DNA of 50,025 nucleotides from a virus (Duplodnaviria > Caudoviricetes). The position numbers and the translations under genes were made by a program. How positions within the stretch are numbered: position 1 is the first letter of the stretch; each line of letters opens with the position of its first letter. Under the pieces are notes generated by a model, which was not told the DNA's origin, searched no databases, and saw nothing but the letters and a program-made list of their open reading frames with translations. Shown one piece after another: positions 1-9,984 of the stretch. The stretch lies in the IMG/VR virus record IMGVR_UViG_3300017739_000018, positions 1 to 50,025 of that record, one strand, 5' to 3'.

Positions 1-1250
1 AGCGAGGTATTCAAGTCTGATTTATTCGGTGTTCCTGCCGTATTAGGCGCGGCATTTTTGCCAACGTAAATTTTTCCTGTGGTTAAATCTACTGCGAATG
101 TAATTACATTTCCGGTTGACCAAATTCCAGTGGAACTACTTGAGCCTTCGCCGTTTTCGTCTCTATCCCTGTCATTTCCCTGTTGAGCGTACATCGATAT
201 AGAGTCTGTGGTCGGAGCAGTAGTATGGGGCTTAACGTCTGAGTTAATTATACCGATTAAGTTGCGGTTGCCCTGATTCGTCAAAGTGACTTCAAAATAA
301 TACTTATTATCTTTCATGGCTATTGTTGAAAAATAACACTTGTCATTTTGAACATTGACTGCTTTAAGATTTCCATCAGATAAAGTTGCGCCCATAGGAT
401 TACTAGATGGATTGAGGGTAGCGTGATTGTCTGTCGGAGAGTCAGTCATGTTATCTGTCGTAGCAAGTCCATTACTAGAATCAAAATGATTATTTTTTCC
501 AGATGTATCTGCACCGACCGTACTAGACGATGCTGATCCGACAGATGAATTTTTGAACTGAAGCCTAAATCCGTTGTTTCCGAAGGCTAGCCCAGAAGTG
601 TCTTTGGGTATCCAAATACCTTCTTTTGTTTCACCGAAAGAATCTTTATCTAAAGCTGTACCGTCGATAAAATTAACTTCGGTTAGGTAGCCGTCAAAAA
701 ACGAATCAATACTTGCTATTTTTCTAGCTCCAACCACATGCAATTTGCCCGATTGATTAATTTCAAATTCTTCATTTTGTTGAATTTCGTCTTTACTACT
801 TTGAAGAACAAAAGTTGTATCTTGAACGCCATTCACATACACCTTTATGCGATTGCTTGCGGTTCCCTGAGTTGTGTCTATTTCAAGAACAATATTGTAC
901 CAAGCACTTGGGTCTGAATATTTTGTAGTGCTTCTGTAGAACACATGACCGCCACTCGCATCACCGGGTCTGTGTTGAAATTGCAACATATCGGTATCAG
1001 TGCCAAATCCAAAATTGGTGTGGTTGCTGTTATCCGTCCCCGCGGCGAACAAACCTTTTTCAGCAGTTGAATTAACTAATCCTCGTTTAACCCAACAAGA
1101 AAATGTAAATTTTTTTCGATTAGTTGGTGTTCCTGCTGTGAAGTTTAGGTATGCACTGTCATCATCGTTAAAGCGCAAGGAGTTGCTGATTTCAAACGGA
1201 TAAAATGCTGTTGCCGCTTCTCCTGCCCCTGCCGCTTGGATTATGCTCAT
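1..1250 (-). CDS. Tail fiber/receptor-binding protein with LamG/concanavalin-like domain (partial, runs off the window)
   Basis: Not in the ORF track. Manual translation from ATG 1250 gives MSIIQAAGAGEAATAFYPFEISNSLRFNDDDSAYL...KKFTFSCWVKRG...DPSAWYNIV...FDGYLTEVNFIDG, typical of LamG-type fibers in marine podophages. Confidence 0.8.
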   Translation of the reverse strand, partial: MSIIQAAGAGEAATAFYPFEISNSLRFNDDDSAYLNFTAGTPTNRKKFTFSCWVKRGLVNSTAEKGLFAAGTDNSNHTNFGFGTDTDMLQFQHRPGDASGGHVFYRSTTKYSDPSAWYNIVLEIDTTQGTASNRIKVYVNGVQDTTFVLQSSKDEIQQNEEFEINQSGKLHVVGARKIASIDSFFDGYLTEVNFIDGTALDKDSFGETKEGIWIPKDTSGLAFGNNGFRLQFKNSSVGSASSSTVGADTSGKNNHFDSSNGLATTDNMTDSPTDNHATLNPSSNPMGATLSDGNLKAVNVQNDKCYFSTIAMKDNKYYFEVTLTNQGNRNLIGIINSDVKPHTTAPTTDSISMYAQQGNDRDRDENGEGSSSSTGIWSTGNVITFAVDLTTGKIYVGKNAAPNTAGTPNKSDLNTS

Positions 1251-1259
1251 AGTTCGCCC

Positions 1260-3572
1260 CTAAGTCAGTATGGCTGTCGCCCCGACGAGGATAGTGTTGG
1301 CTCCACTAGCCGCAGTGACGTAATACGTTAAAAAGTAAGTGCCTGTTGTACTAAGAGAGGTTAATACACTAGCGTTAATTGCAACAGGGGTATCAGCCGA
1401 GACTGAGCGATTCGAATCGTTTACAAACTTAATACAGCCAGATTGACCAGCGGCGACGTTAGAAAAGGTTAGCGTGACATCCCCTGATGTTGTGGTCGTA
1501 AAATTATTGCCTACAGCAAGATCGTAAGTCGCATCATTCTCAGCAGTAATAGTACTGCCAACAGCCCGTCCGACTACAGTCACATCATCATTCATGGTGA
1601 AGACTGTTGTACCAGTAGCAATAGACGCTACAGTGCCGTCTGCATCATTCTTAATGGTTACGTCTGTTGAAGATCCCTGTCCGGTTAAAATCAGCCCCTC
1701 TGCGGCAGTGAATCCGATTGCCGCATTGTCGCCAGCAGAGGTATCTCCAGTAGCCTCAACAGTGCCACCAGTAATTACACCCGTAGTAGTGATAGCACTA
1801 GCACCGTTGTTTATAGCACCAAAGCCGCTTGTAATAGAACCACCGTCTAACGCTCCTACTGAAGTAATGTTAGTTTGTGCCGCAGTTTGAAGAGTACCCG
1901 TTAAATTACCGTTGATATTACCAGTTACGTTTCCGACAACGTTACCCGTAAATCCATCTGATGTTACAGTGCCTAATGAGGCACCCCCGTCAGCAAAAGT
2001 AATTGTACCACCATCAGCGTCTAGCGTAACTCCACCACTAGAGTTGAGCGTAACTGTTGTACCTGCAAGTTCTGCTGTACCATCAGCGGTAATTGAAATG
2101 TTAGCGGCGGCGGCGGCAGTATCAGTTGTGGTAATTGCTAATGTGCCATTTGTACCAGCAGTAATTGTAGCGGTGTCATCGGTAGAGCCAGTAAGAGTAA
2201 TTACTTTACCATCAATGGCTACATCATCAGCAGTTACAGAGCCACCAGTGATTGCTCCTGTTGTAGTGATCGTGCTAGAACCATTGTTAATATTACCAAA
2301 GTTACTAGTTATTGATCCCCCATCAAGCGCACCAACTGATGTTACGTTTGTCTGTGCCGCAGTTTGAAGAGTGCCCGTTAAATTACCGTTAATATTACCA
2401 GTTACATTTCCAACGACATTACCAGTAAACCCGCTGGATGTTACAGTTCCTAACGACGAACCTCCATCAGAAAACGTTATAGTTCCGCCATCCGCATCAA
2501 GTACAACCCCACCACTAGAGTTGAGTGTTACTGTAGTGCCCGCAAGCTCTGCCGTTCCGTCGGCTGTTATAGTTATATTAGCGGCGGCGGCATCAGCATC
2601 TGTGGTCGCAATATCTAACGTACCATTTGTTCCTGCTGTTAGTGTTGCAGTATCGCCTGTAGAACCAGTTAAAGTAATGACTTTGCCATCTAAAGCTACA
2701 TCATCGGCGGTTACGGAACCTCCGGTAATAGCCCCGGTAGTGGTAATAGTACTTGACCCAGTGTCAATGTTTCCAAAACCACTTGTTATTGACCCAGAGT
2801 CTACGGCACCTACTGATGTAATCGCACCACCTGTGTATGTTTTTAAATCAGCGGCAGTTATTTGTTTCATTGTGCCGCTATCATTCAGGATAAGCTGATC
2901 GGCATCTACTACTGTAACACTACTAGAAGATGTATTACCGTCTAAAATATTAAGTTCAGCGGCAGTAGAAGTAATGTTGGTGCCGCCAATATCTAACGTA
3001 GTCATACTAACTTCACCAGCAACGGTAACTATACCAGAGGCTAGAGTCATCAAGTCGGTGTCACTGGTGTGTCCTATTGTTGCACCGTTGATATTGATGT
3101 TATCAATGACAGCCTGTGTTACAGCACTGTTTGTACCTAATGTGATTCCGTCTACAGAACCCCCATCTATGTTTGCTGTGTCTGCTACAAGCGCGTCTGT
3201 GGTCACAGTGCCATCAAAGAACGCATCTTTAAATTCTACAGAACTAGTGCCTAAATCCACATCGTTACTTGTAACGGGAACAATTGCTCCATCTTGAAAA
3301 CGAACCTGTTCTACAGTAGAACCCGCACCGCCCGCATCTACGAACACACCTACTCGATTATTGGTGTTGTCTACTACGACTTTATTTAGAGGTGTAGTTA
3401 CACCCGGGTCGCCTATTAGACCAATCACAGGTCCTTCAGCCGCTGTCCCATCGTGCTTATGTCCAGTAGAATTATTAAAAGCGGAAAGAACCTGATTAAA
3501 CTCATCATTTGAGTGTGCCGCTGTTATAGTGTCGCCGTCAGAATACGAGGACTGCCTAGTGTATCCCGCCAT
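1260..3572 (-). CDS. Tail fiber protein, 770 aa, G/T/A-rich with internal repeats
   Basis: N-terminus MAGYTRQSSY...GHKHDG, beta-rich composition, follows the tail tube genes. Confidence 0.8.
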   Translation of the reverse strand: MAGYTRQSSYSDGDTITAAHSNDEFNQVLSAFNNSTGHKHDGTAAEGPVIGLIGDPGVTTPLNKVVVDNTNNRVGVFVDAGGAGSTVEQVRFQDGAIVPVTSNDVDLGTSSVEFKDAFFDGTVTTDALVADTANIDGGSVDGITLGTNSAVTQAVIDNININGATIGHTSDTDLMTLASGIVTVAGEVSMTTLDIGGTNITSTAAELNILDGNTSSSSVTVVDADQLILNDSGTMKQITAADLKTYTGGAITSVGAVDSGSITSGFGNIDTGSSTITTTGAITGGSVTADDVALDGKVITLTGSTGDTATLTAGTNGTLDIATTDADAAAANITITADGTAELAGTTVTLNSSGGVVLDADGGTITFSDGGSSLGTVTSSGFTGNVVGNVTGNINGNLTGTLQTAAQTNVTSVGALDGGSITSNFGNINNGSSTITTTGAITGGSVTADDVAIDGKVITLTGSTDDTATITAGTNGTLAITTTDTAAAAANISITADGTAELAGTTVTLNSSGGVTLDADGGTITFADGGASLGTVTSDGFTGNVVGNVTGNINGNLTGTLQTAAQTNITSVGALDGGSITSGFGAINNGASAITTTGVITGGTVEATGDTSAGDNAAIGFTAAEGLILTGQGSSTDVTIKNDADGTVASIATGTTVFTMNDDVTVVGRAVGSTITAENDATYDLAVGNNFTTTTSGDVTLTFSNVAAGQSGCIKFVNDSNRSVSADTPVAINASVLTSLSTTGTYFLTYYVTAASGANTILVGATAILT
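1760..2820 (-). repeat. Intragenic tandem duplication, 477-bp (159-aa) period, two full copies plus a partial third
   Basis: TGTGCCGCAGTTTGAAGAG occurs at 1876 and 2353; protein unit TSVGA..GSITS.FG...GNINGNLTGTLQTAAQTN is repeated. Confidence 0.9.
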
Positions 3573-5098
3573 TATCTTCTTCCTCCGGGAGTAAATTCAA
3601 TTTGATAGCCTTTTATAGAAATGGGATCAACCCCTGCGGTATCTTCTAAACGTAAACCGACTACAAAGCCGCCACCTTCAACCGTTTGTCGTGCTAGAGG
3701 TGCTCCTGACGCACCATAAGTTGCAGTGCTATACGTAGATTGTGTAGCACCGTATATTGCAAAAGCACCACCAATAGCTAAATCGTAAGGATCAGGCTGT
3801 GGAACATCTGCCGCGTCAAAGTCGTAAAGCAATCTGAATGAGGTGTTTACACCCCCTTCGTTAGTGTAGTTCCAAATCACACGTTGCATAGACTTTCGTA
3901 AACCGGGATCTCCCATCGTATGATCAGGAGAACGGTAAATAGCTTTTATATTTGTTCCGTCAAAAGTGTTACCCGATTCTTGTTGATGAACGTAGTGGTC
4001 GTATCCTGCATGTAGTATTGTCTCTACATTACTAATAAAACCAGAAGTTGCATACGTAGGCTTTAGACCTATTAAGTCAGCGTACTCAAAACCTATACCG
4101 CCTTGTTCCCCGGCTTTTATTACGCCTATTACACCAGCGGCTTTAGCGGTCGGACCATCATCGGTAGGAAAAAACAGTCGATACTGTGATTTTTCTCTAA
4201 TTACTAAAGATGAAATACGTTCTAAAGAAATACCATCTAATCTAGTTTGTATTTGTTTAGACACAGTGCCTAATTCTGTATCACCAATTTTTTCTGTACC
4301 AGCTACCGTACGTAAACCGTCTGGTGCTAGAAAGATTAAATCACCGCCAATTTCTTGGACACTAAACCCATCTGAACACCCTATCTTACGCGTGATGGGT
4401 GCAAGCTGAAAGTTAGCAACAGACTCTCCTGCCAGTTGATATATCTCATCTTTACAAAATACTATGAGCCTATCCCGAAACACTCGTAACTTAACGACAG
4501 GGCTTTCAGTTCTAAATGATCCGCCGCCACTAGCGGGCGTGAAATCTGTTGGATCAAATGGTGCGCTAAAAAAGACTTCAGACGGATTAGCAGATGCACC
4601 AGATAAAAACAAATGTGATTTAAATACTGCACAAAGAGAAGGGTTACTCGGAGCGGGAGACGCACTTATGTCTGTTACGGATGAGTCATTGTAAATAGAT
4701 GCACGATTAGCACCGTCACACCAAACTATCTTTTCTGTCCCATCAAAATTAAATACAGCAAAATCATACCGTCCAGCACTTGTTCTGCCACTGTCAATTT
4801 CAGTCCAGCTACCGGACCCGCTTGTTCCCGTAAATACTTTTTCACCACGCGATGCAACAACTTTTGTTTTATAGATTGCAATGCCTAGTATTTTTTCTGT
4901 TGAGGCAGAAGTCTGCGGGACTATGTTGGTATTAAACTTAGTAAAACCATTTAAACGACGATAGCCCCCCGCTATGTCAGGTTCAAAGTTTTGTAGCTCT
5001 AACGCCGCACCGGGTGGCAAAGAAAACGTATCTTTATTTAAAATTAAACCACCCGACAACCTAACTACATAAGGACTGATAGCAGAAGTATCTGGCAT
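3572..5098 (-). CDS. Tail tubular B/nozzle-like (P22 gp10-like stabilization) protein
   Basis: 508 aa, beta-propeller-like, GGDLIFLAPDGLR motif, positioned after the adaptor gene. Confidence 0.65.
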   Translation of the reverse strand: MPDTSAISPYVVRLSGGLILNKDTFSLPPGAALELQNFEPDIAGGYRRLNGFTKFNTNIVPQTSASTEKILGIAIYKTKVVASRGEKVFTGTSGSGSWTEIDSGRTSAGRYDFAVFNFDGTEKIVWCDGANRASIYNDSSVTDISASPAPSNPSLCAVFKSHLFLSGASANPSEVFFSAPFDPTDFTPASGGGSFRTESPVVKLRVFRDRLIVFCKDEIYQLAGESVANFQLAPITRKIGCSDGFSVQEIGGDLIFLAPDGLRTVAGTEKIGDTELGTVSKQIQTRLDGISLERISSLVIREKSQYRLFFPTDDGPTAKAAGVIGVIKAGEQGGIGFEYADLIGLKPTYATSGFISNVETILHAGYDHYVHQQESGNTFDGTNIKAIYRSPDHTMGDPGLRKSMQRVIWNYTNEGGVNTSFRLLYDFDAADVPQPDPYDLAIGGAFAIYGATQSTYSTATYGASGAPLARQTVEGGGFVVGLRLEDTAGVDPISIKGYQIEFTPGGRR

Positions 5099-5757
5099 TA
5101 TACGGCTCTAAAGTAATCTTTACGGTTAATAAGTTCAACTCTCATTCGGGCTAAACCTTCTTTGTAATCTCGTTCTGTTAGTTGGGCAGACTGCAAATCT
5201 GAACGTAATACGTAAGCATAGTATTTAGCTCTGTTCACAATAACATCGTGAAAACGTTCTGGAATTATTGGGGTATCGGTGTTAGCACTTAAATCACTGT
5301 GAGTAGCGTAGTACTCGTAATTAATTGTGTATGTAGCATTTGGCTCTGGGTATAAACCCAACTTTAAATCTGGAGTGAGATAGAACCTCTCAGGTTCAGC
5401 TAAATGATCATCCCCGGGATCACTATTAAGTGCTAAATAAGATTGGTTGTACTCATCATAGCTTAAAAACTTAAGTAACTTAAGAGACTTAGTGCCGCCC
5501 GGATTAAGTATTACAGAGTCTTCATTTAGGGTTTTTAAGTCAGTCTGAAGACTATACTCTCCAGTGCCGGAGGATGTTGTTATGGTATTTGATGAATAAG
5601 TAAAAGGCCACTCAACCTCTGAATTAATAATATCTTTTTGTGCTTTATTAATCAAATCTTTTACAGCACTTTGAATGCCTCGTGTAGAAGCAACAGATGT
5701 AATTACAACCTCATTTAGTTCTAATAAAACAGCGTTTACCAATTGTAAATACGTCAT
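5098..5757 (-). CDS. Tail tubular A/head-tail adaptor protein
   Basis: MTYLQLVNAVL start, LYPEPNATYTI and PIIPERFHDVIV motifs, synteny. Confidence 0.7.
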   Translation of the reverse strand: MTYLQLVNAVLLELNEVVITSVASTRGIQSAVKDLINKAQKDIINSEVEWPFTYSSNTITTSSGTGEYSLQTDLKTLNEDSVILNPGGTKSLKLLKFLSYDEYNQSYLALNSDPGDDHLAEPERFYLTPDLKLGLYPEPNATYTINYEYYATHSDLSANTDTPIIPERFHDVIVNRAKYYAYVLRSDLQSAQLTERDYKEGLARMRVELINRKDYFRAV

Positions 5758-6117
5758 TTAAGTTACTCCGGGTGTAAACAACTCTTCTACAGAAACAATT
5801 ACATCAAGAGCATCAGCACTAGATGCAGTTGCTTTTAAAGTGTCTCCAGCATTAAAAATAAAAAACCCCTCTGATAATTGTAGATAAAGTTTTGTATTTA
5901 CTGTTGTAGTATTAGTAATCTTGTAAGTTGCAGAAGCAGAACTGTCTGTCCACTCCAAAGTTATGTCGGCATTACTACCAGCTATGTTTCCTACGTGAAT
6001 TAACTTTATTACGCCCGTGTAGTTTGATGGACAAGTATAAACAGTAGTTTGGTTCGTTGATGTTAACTTAACCCCTATACTTCTTATTTTAGCAGTTGTT
6101 CCATCTAAAATAGGCAT
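5758..6117 (-). CDS. Small beta-rich virion protein
   Basis: TTVYTCP motif; likely start MPILDG coupled by TAATG overlap to the lysozyme stop. Confidence 0.55.
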   Translation of the reverse strand: MPILDGTTAKIRSIGVKLTSTNQTTVYTCPSNYTGVIKLIHVGNIAGSNADITLEWTDSSASATYKITNTTTVNTKLYLQLSEGFFIFNAGDTLKATASSADALDVIVSVEELFTPGVT

Positions 6118-6542
6118 TAGGGCCACTCACCGATACGCATAGCTTCTGATAGTTTATGTGCTCGTTGTCCAACCTGACGCGCCCAGCGGCTATCCATCAT
6201 TTCAATACTAGCTTGAATAAAGTCTTCTTGCTCAATAGCTAACCACATGTTTTGAAACTTAAGCAAAGTTGGAATGCCTAGATTAAAGCCCATGTCTACA
6301 AGCACCCGCTGACGAACAGCATCAAGTTCAGCAACCATCGGCTTTTTACTAAGTAATTCATCTTCTACGATCTTGATATCGTTCTTAAGAAGATACCGCG
6401 CCTCGTCTTCTGTAATACCACGATCTTCAATGTTACGACCTACTCCAATAGTTAGCTTGTCGGCAGTGCATTGGTATGGCTTTAATTCAAGACCTTCATG
6501 TGTAATAAGCTGGTCCTCTAGAGATACCATATCGTATTTCAT
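6117..6542 (-). CDS. Lysozyme/endolysin, GH24 (T4-lysozyme-like)
   Basis: HEGLELKPYQCTADKLTIGVGRN catalytic region, MGFNLG and DSRWARQVGQRA; start MKYD by TAATG coupling. Confidence 0.88.
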   Translation of the reverse strand: MKYDMVSLEDQLITHEGLELKPYQCTADKLTIGVGRNIEDRGITEDEARYLLKNDIKIVEDELLSKKPMVAELDAVRQRVLVDMGFNLGIPTLLKFQNMWLAIEQEDFIQASIEMMDSRWARQVGQRAHKLSEAMRIGEWP

Positions 6543-6793
6543 TAACATTTCCATCTACGCCGAGCCGCAAGACCCCGCTCCCCTTTCCAGTTCTTAGAAC
6601 GAGCACAAAAACTCTTACGTCGTTTAGCGGCCTTACTTCCCGGTTTTACTTTACCTGTTACGGGAGCTTTTAAGTTTGACCCTGTCTCTCTATTGTATTT
6701 AGCACGACCTTTTGCGGTGAGTCCAGCACCCTGCTTTACAGAACGCTTTTCACCCCGTTTAACAGATAGACTAACGTTTTTTCGTCTTGCCAC
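6542..6793 (-). CDS. Small Lys/Arg-rich protein
   Basis: GLTAKGRAKYNRETGSNLKAPV...RRKSFCAR; tightly packed in the operon. Confidence 0.7.
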   Translation of the reverse strand: MARRKNVSLSVKRGEKRSVKQGAGLTAKGRAKYNRETGSNLKAPVTGKVKPGSKAAKRRKSFCARSKNWKGERGLAARRRWKC

Positions 6794-7034
6794 GTCCGGT
6801 CCTTACTTTTGCTCGCCTTGTATTAGCTACAACAGTTTTACCCTTGGCACCTGCCGCCTTTTTCTTACGGGCAGTTTTAGCTCTCTCGCTTTGGGACAAA
6901 CTTTGCGCTTTCTTTTTGGGTAGACAACGATCAGGGTTTTTCTTATCTTTGGATGTTCCACAAGGCCCTTTTACTTTACCGTCTGTTCCAATACGGACCC
7001 ACTCTTGTTTTAACCACTGTTTAAGCTGTCCCAT
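6771..7034 (-). CDS. Small Lys/Arg-rich protein
   Basis: LKQWLKQEWVRIG...PCG...RCLP; operon packing. Confidence 0.7.
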   Translation of the reverse strand: MGQLKQWLKQEWVRIGTDGKVKGPCGTSKDKKNPDRCLPKKKAQSLSQSERAKTARKKKAAGAKGKTVVANTRRAKVRTGRGKTKKR

Positions 7035-7035
7035 A

Positions 7036-7320
7036 TTATGCCTTTTTACGTGCGCGTCTAATTGCTTCTTTACCGCGTTTTGCTATTTTAGCTTGCTCTG
7101 TTTTACCAGCTACCTTAGCACGTTGCTCAACAACGGTAAGTATCTGTATTTTACGTGCAAAAGATTTACCGCTATTTTTAACACGTTTTACTGTGTTTCG
7201 TGCATCTTGCACAGTAGCGTATTTTATTGGAACTGTATCTTTAGGATTTTCGTCTGTGTACAGTCTACGACTACTACCTTTAGGTTTTTTACCTGTTCCT
7301 GCTTTGGGGTCTTTTTTCAT
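7036..7320 (-). CDS. Small Lys/Arg-rich protein
   Basis: KDPKAGTGKKPKGSSRRLYTDENPKDTV; coupled to the upstream stop. Confidence 0.7.
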   Translation of the reverse strand: MKKDPKAGTGKKPKGSSRRLYTDENPKDTVPIKYATVQDARNTVKRVKNSGKSFARKIQILTVVEQRAKVAGKTEQAKIAKRGKEAIRRARKKA

Positions 7321-7550
7321 TACCTACCCCTACGCTTACCACCTTTGGACTTTTTAGCGTAGTTGGGGTCTTTACAGTACTTTGATGCGGCTAGGTTTGC
7401 ATATGCTGACGGGTATGTATCAAAGGTGCGTTTTGCCCAAGCTTTTCCTTCTGGACATATCTTACCTTTGCTTTTTGTTTTTGACTTGCCACCTTTAGCC
7501 ATTGCCGCTCGAGCTTTAGCAAATCGTTCTGTATAACCTAAGTGTTGCAT
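7320..7550 (-). CDS. Small basic protein (PSAYAN motif)
   Basis: KICPEGKAWAKRTFDTYPSAYAN; first gene after the promoter at 7609. Confidence 0.7.
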   Translation of the reverse strand: MQHLGYTERFAKARAAMAKGGKSKTKSKGKICPEGKAWAKRTFDTYPSAYANLAASKYCKDPNYAKKSKGGKRRGR

Positions 7551-7609
7551 ATGGGTTTACCCCCGGCGGGTGTTGATGAGATCGTAAACTATGAAACTCT
7601 TTATGTCAA
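7551..7609 (-). promoter_or_regulatory. sigma70 promoter plus conserved downstream element (copy B)
   Basis: TTGACA(7609-7604)-17 bp-TACGAT(7586-7581), then CCCGCCGGGGGTAAACCCAT (7570-7551). Confidence 0.75.
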
Positions 7610-7630
7610 CACCCCGTAAGATGTTGACGT

Positions 7631-7652
7631 AAAGAAGGGGCCCAAAGGCCCC
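7631..7652 (-). terminator. Intrinsic terminator after the capsid operon
   Basis: GGGGCC-TTTG-GGCCCC followed by TTCTTT, just past the stop at 7660. Confidence 0.75.
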
Positions 7653-7659
7653 GACTTAT

Positions 7660-8082
7660 TTAGGCAAATGTTGCCGCAGTTTCGGCAGTGCCGAGTTCCG
7701 CGATAACAGCAAATACACGGACTTTACCGTCGAAAGTTGCTGTATTAGCAATCAAATCGATAGTGTCAGCCGCTGTGTATAGCTTCATTGTGCCTGCGGC
7801 ATTGTTGATTTCGTGCCCAGTGGCAGTGCCATCTAGAGCCGCAACGTATAGATCATCATCAGTATCGTCACCGAGGTCAAGAACTGGAGATCCAGTTGAT
7901 GCCACCGTAAGAACTTCAACGCCTGCCGCTAACACAAGAGTATTAGCTTTCATCTCTATTACTTCAACTGAGTCAGAAGTAGTCAAGCTGGTAGACGAGA
8001 AATCTAAAACGACTTCAACAATTTGAGGTTTAATGCCGAGGGGGACTCCCGCAACGGCACCAGTAACAGTATATGTAGCCAT
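7660..8082 (-). CDS. Minor capsid/decoration protein
   Basis: 140 aa, acidic and beta-rich, directly after the major capsid gene, GGGAG RBS. Confidence 0.6.
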   Translation of the reverse strand: MATYTVTGAVAGVPLGIKPQIVEVVLDFSSTSLTTSDSVEVIEMKANTLVLAAGVEVLTVASTGSPVLDLGDDTDDDLYVAALDGTATGHEINNAAGTMKLYTAADTIDLIANTATFDGKVRVFAVIAELGTAETAATFA

Positions 8083-8095
8083 TATTTAGTCTCCC

Positions 8096-9040
8096 TTAGT
8101 CAGTTTTAACAACGCCAACAGCCAACGCTTCTGGACGTAAAACTTTACGGCCGAATACGTGCAGACCACGAACGATGTCGCTAAATGTTTCAGTTGAACG
8201 AACAACTTCTGTTTTAGCGATGTGCGATGCAGTCGCTGTAGAAGACATGTGACCCGCGAGAACTACGAAGTCGTTTGTAGTGTCCTGTGAAGTGATAGTC
8301 ACAACGTCAGTACCAGAGTTGTTTAGTGCAGTTGTTTTGTAGCAGTTCATGCCAGCGATGTTGCCCTGCATAACGAGACCGTTACGAAGAGGTGAAGTCG
8401 CATCACCAGTGACCTGCACTTCAGCAAATTTAGCACCTGCTTTAAACAAGTTTTCCCAGAAAATAGGAGGTGCTACAAACCAACGATTTTCCTCAGGAAT
8501 TGAGTTATCATCCATTGCACGTGCAATTGCCAACATTAAGTTAACAGCGGCGTCTTCGTTGCCGGAACCAGTGATGTCAATAGGAGCTGACGCAGATCCA
8601 AAAGTAGCCGCGCCACCTGTAAGACCAGCACCATCAGCCATCGCTTGAAGGACGTTAGCATCGTACTTACGTTTCAAAGAGAACGCACCAGAAGATGTAG
8701 CCAACGCCTCAAAATTGACGTGTGACTGACGTTCTTCGATGTCGTCAATCTTGAACGCGAAAGCATTCGCTTGGTCAACAACCATTGTAATCTGATCGTC
8801 AGCGAGGTCTTGTGGATTGACCACAGCACCGCGTGAGTAAGAAGATACAGTGATTGTAGGTTCTTTGATAATGCGAACAGTATCGCCGAAGTTTTCAATT
8901 TCACCAGCGTAATCAGTGTTGGTGATATCTTCGACTACCGACGCACGACGGAAAAACTTCAGGACTTTCTGAGAAAAAATCTCAGGAGTAAAGTTCCCTG
9001 AAGGCAGGTTGTTATAACCTGATGCGCTATTAAAAGCCAT
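8096..9040 (-). CDS. Major capsid protein
   Basis: NLPSGNFTPEIFSQKVLKFFR, TNTDYAGEIENFGDTVRIIKEP, DIVRGLHVFGRKVLRPE; follows the scaffold gene. Confidence 0.92.
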   Translation of the reverse strand: MAFNSASGYNNLPSGNFTPEIFSQKVLKFFRRASVVEDITNTDYAGEIENFGDTVRIIKEPTITVSSYSRGAVVNPQDLADDQITMVVDQANAFAFKIDDIEERQSHVNFEALATSSGAFSLKRKYDANVLQAMADGAGLTGGAATFGSASAPIDITGSGNEDAAVNLMLAIARAMDDNSIPEENRWFVAPPIFWENLFKAGAKFAEVQVTGDATSPLRNGLVMQGNIAGMNCYKTTALNNSGTDVVTITSQDTTNDFVVLAGHMSSTATASHIAKTEVVRSTETFSDIVRGLHVFGRKVLRPEALAVGVVKTD

Positions 9041-9082
9041 GTTAATACCCTTCCTTATGAGATAGTTAGGTCGCTATTAAGA

Positions 9083-9970
9083 TTATGCTCTGTAATCGAT
9101 ACGGCCTTCTACTTTCGCGGCGTCAATCTCAGCTTCGAGTTTTTCAAATTGCCACGGTTTTAGCCTACCGATTTCTGAAGCCTTCCAGATCTTCTTATCT
9201 GTTGGAGCTTCGTCAGCCACATCTTTCGCAGTTGAGCGTGTAACTGCGGCGGCTGGGTCTTCATTTTTTGCGGATTTGCGTTTTTTAGTAGTTAAACCCA
9301 TGTCTGATTTATATAGGTCTACTACCCTTGATGCCCAGACTGCATCCGTGTTGTTCTTGTAAATTCCGTCTGAGATAGATTCAGGTTGCTCGTCGAGCCA
9401 CATTAAAAACTTCTCATCAGTTTTCAAGTCATTAAAGTCCGGATGCTTTGCTAGCAGTTCTTTATACGCTGATTGAATTTTAAGATTTTTCTCTTTACCT
9501 TTTAAAGAGTCAACCTCTTCTTTTAATTCTTTTAGCTTGTTTTCTGCTTGCAAAGAAGAAACTGTTTCTACGATTGCATAAACATCCGGATACTTTGCTT
9601 TAAACTCCTCCAAGTCTTCTGGAGTTTTGGGAAGTTCTGAAGCTGACAGTCCGCTGTCTTTGCCCGCTTGTCTAGCTTCTGCAAGTTCTTGTCGTTCTTG
9701 CTTCCACTCTTCAAGTTTTGTATCGTAGTGACGTTTTAAATCGTCGTATCGTTTCTTGTAGTCTGTGTCAGAACCTTCTTTTGGTTCTGCGAAGCTAGTT
9801 TCTTGCTTAGGAGTAGCCTCTTCTTCTTGCGAGGGGTCCTGTGCTTCTACTGTTTCGTCTTCATCTTGGTAAACTTCTTCTCGATATTTTCCACGATATA
9901 ATTTATCGTTATTGATTGTTCCGAAAGAATCGTTTGCCTTATTTGCGCGATGTCCGCGTGATTTTGCCAT
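9083..9970 (-). CDS. Capsid scaffolding protein
   Basis: Acidic coiled coil, DYKKRYDDLKRHYD, C-terminal EIDAAKVEGRI; immediately upstream of the capsid gene. Confidence 0.8.
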   Translation of the reverse strand: MAKSRGHRANKANDSFGTINNDKLYRGKYREEVYQDEDETVEAQDPSQEEEATPKQETSFAEPKEGSDTDYKKRYDDLKRHYDTKLEEWKQERQELAEARQAGKDSGLSASELPKTPEDLEEFKAKYPDVYAIVETVSSLQAENKLKELKEEVDSLKGKEKNLKIQSAYKELLAKHPDFNDLKTDEKFLMWLDEQPESISDGIYKNNTDAVWASRVVDLYKSDMGLTTKKRKSAKNEDPAAAVTRSTAKDVADEAPTDKKIWKASEIGRLKPWQFEKLEAEIDAAKVEGRIDYRA

Positions 9971-9984
9971 TTTAGTCTCCTATC

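Noticed and set aside
1760-2820. Tail-fiber repeats as a DGR template/variable pair
   Set aside because: No reverse transcriptase in the window; differences are mostly synonymous and not adenine-specific.
1594-3297. Plus-strand ORFs opposite the tail fiber, and similar antisense ORFs elsewhere (e.g. 6787-7362, 38380-39030)
   Set aside because: Shadow frames of codon-biased genes with no RBS or recognisable domain.
7624-7652. Plus-strand TTGACG as an antisense promoter into the capsid operon
   Set aside because: No -10 box at 16-18 bp; that position is the GC terminator stem.
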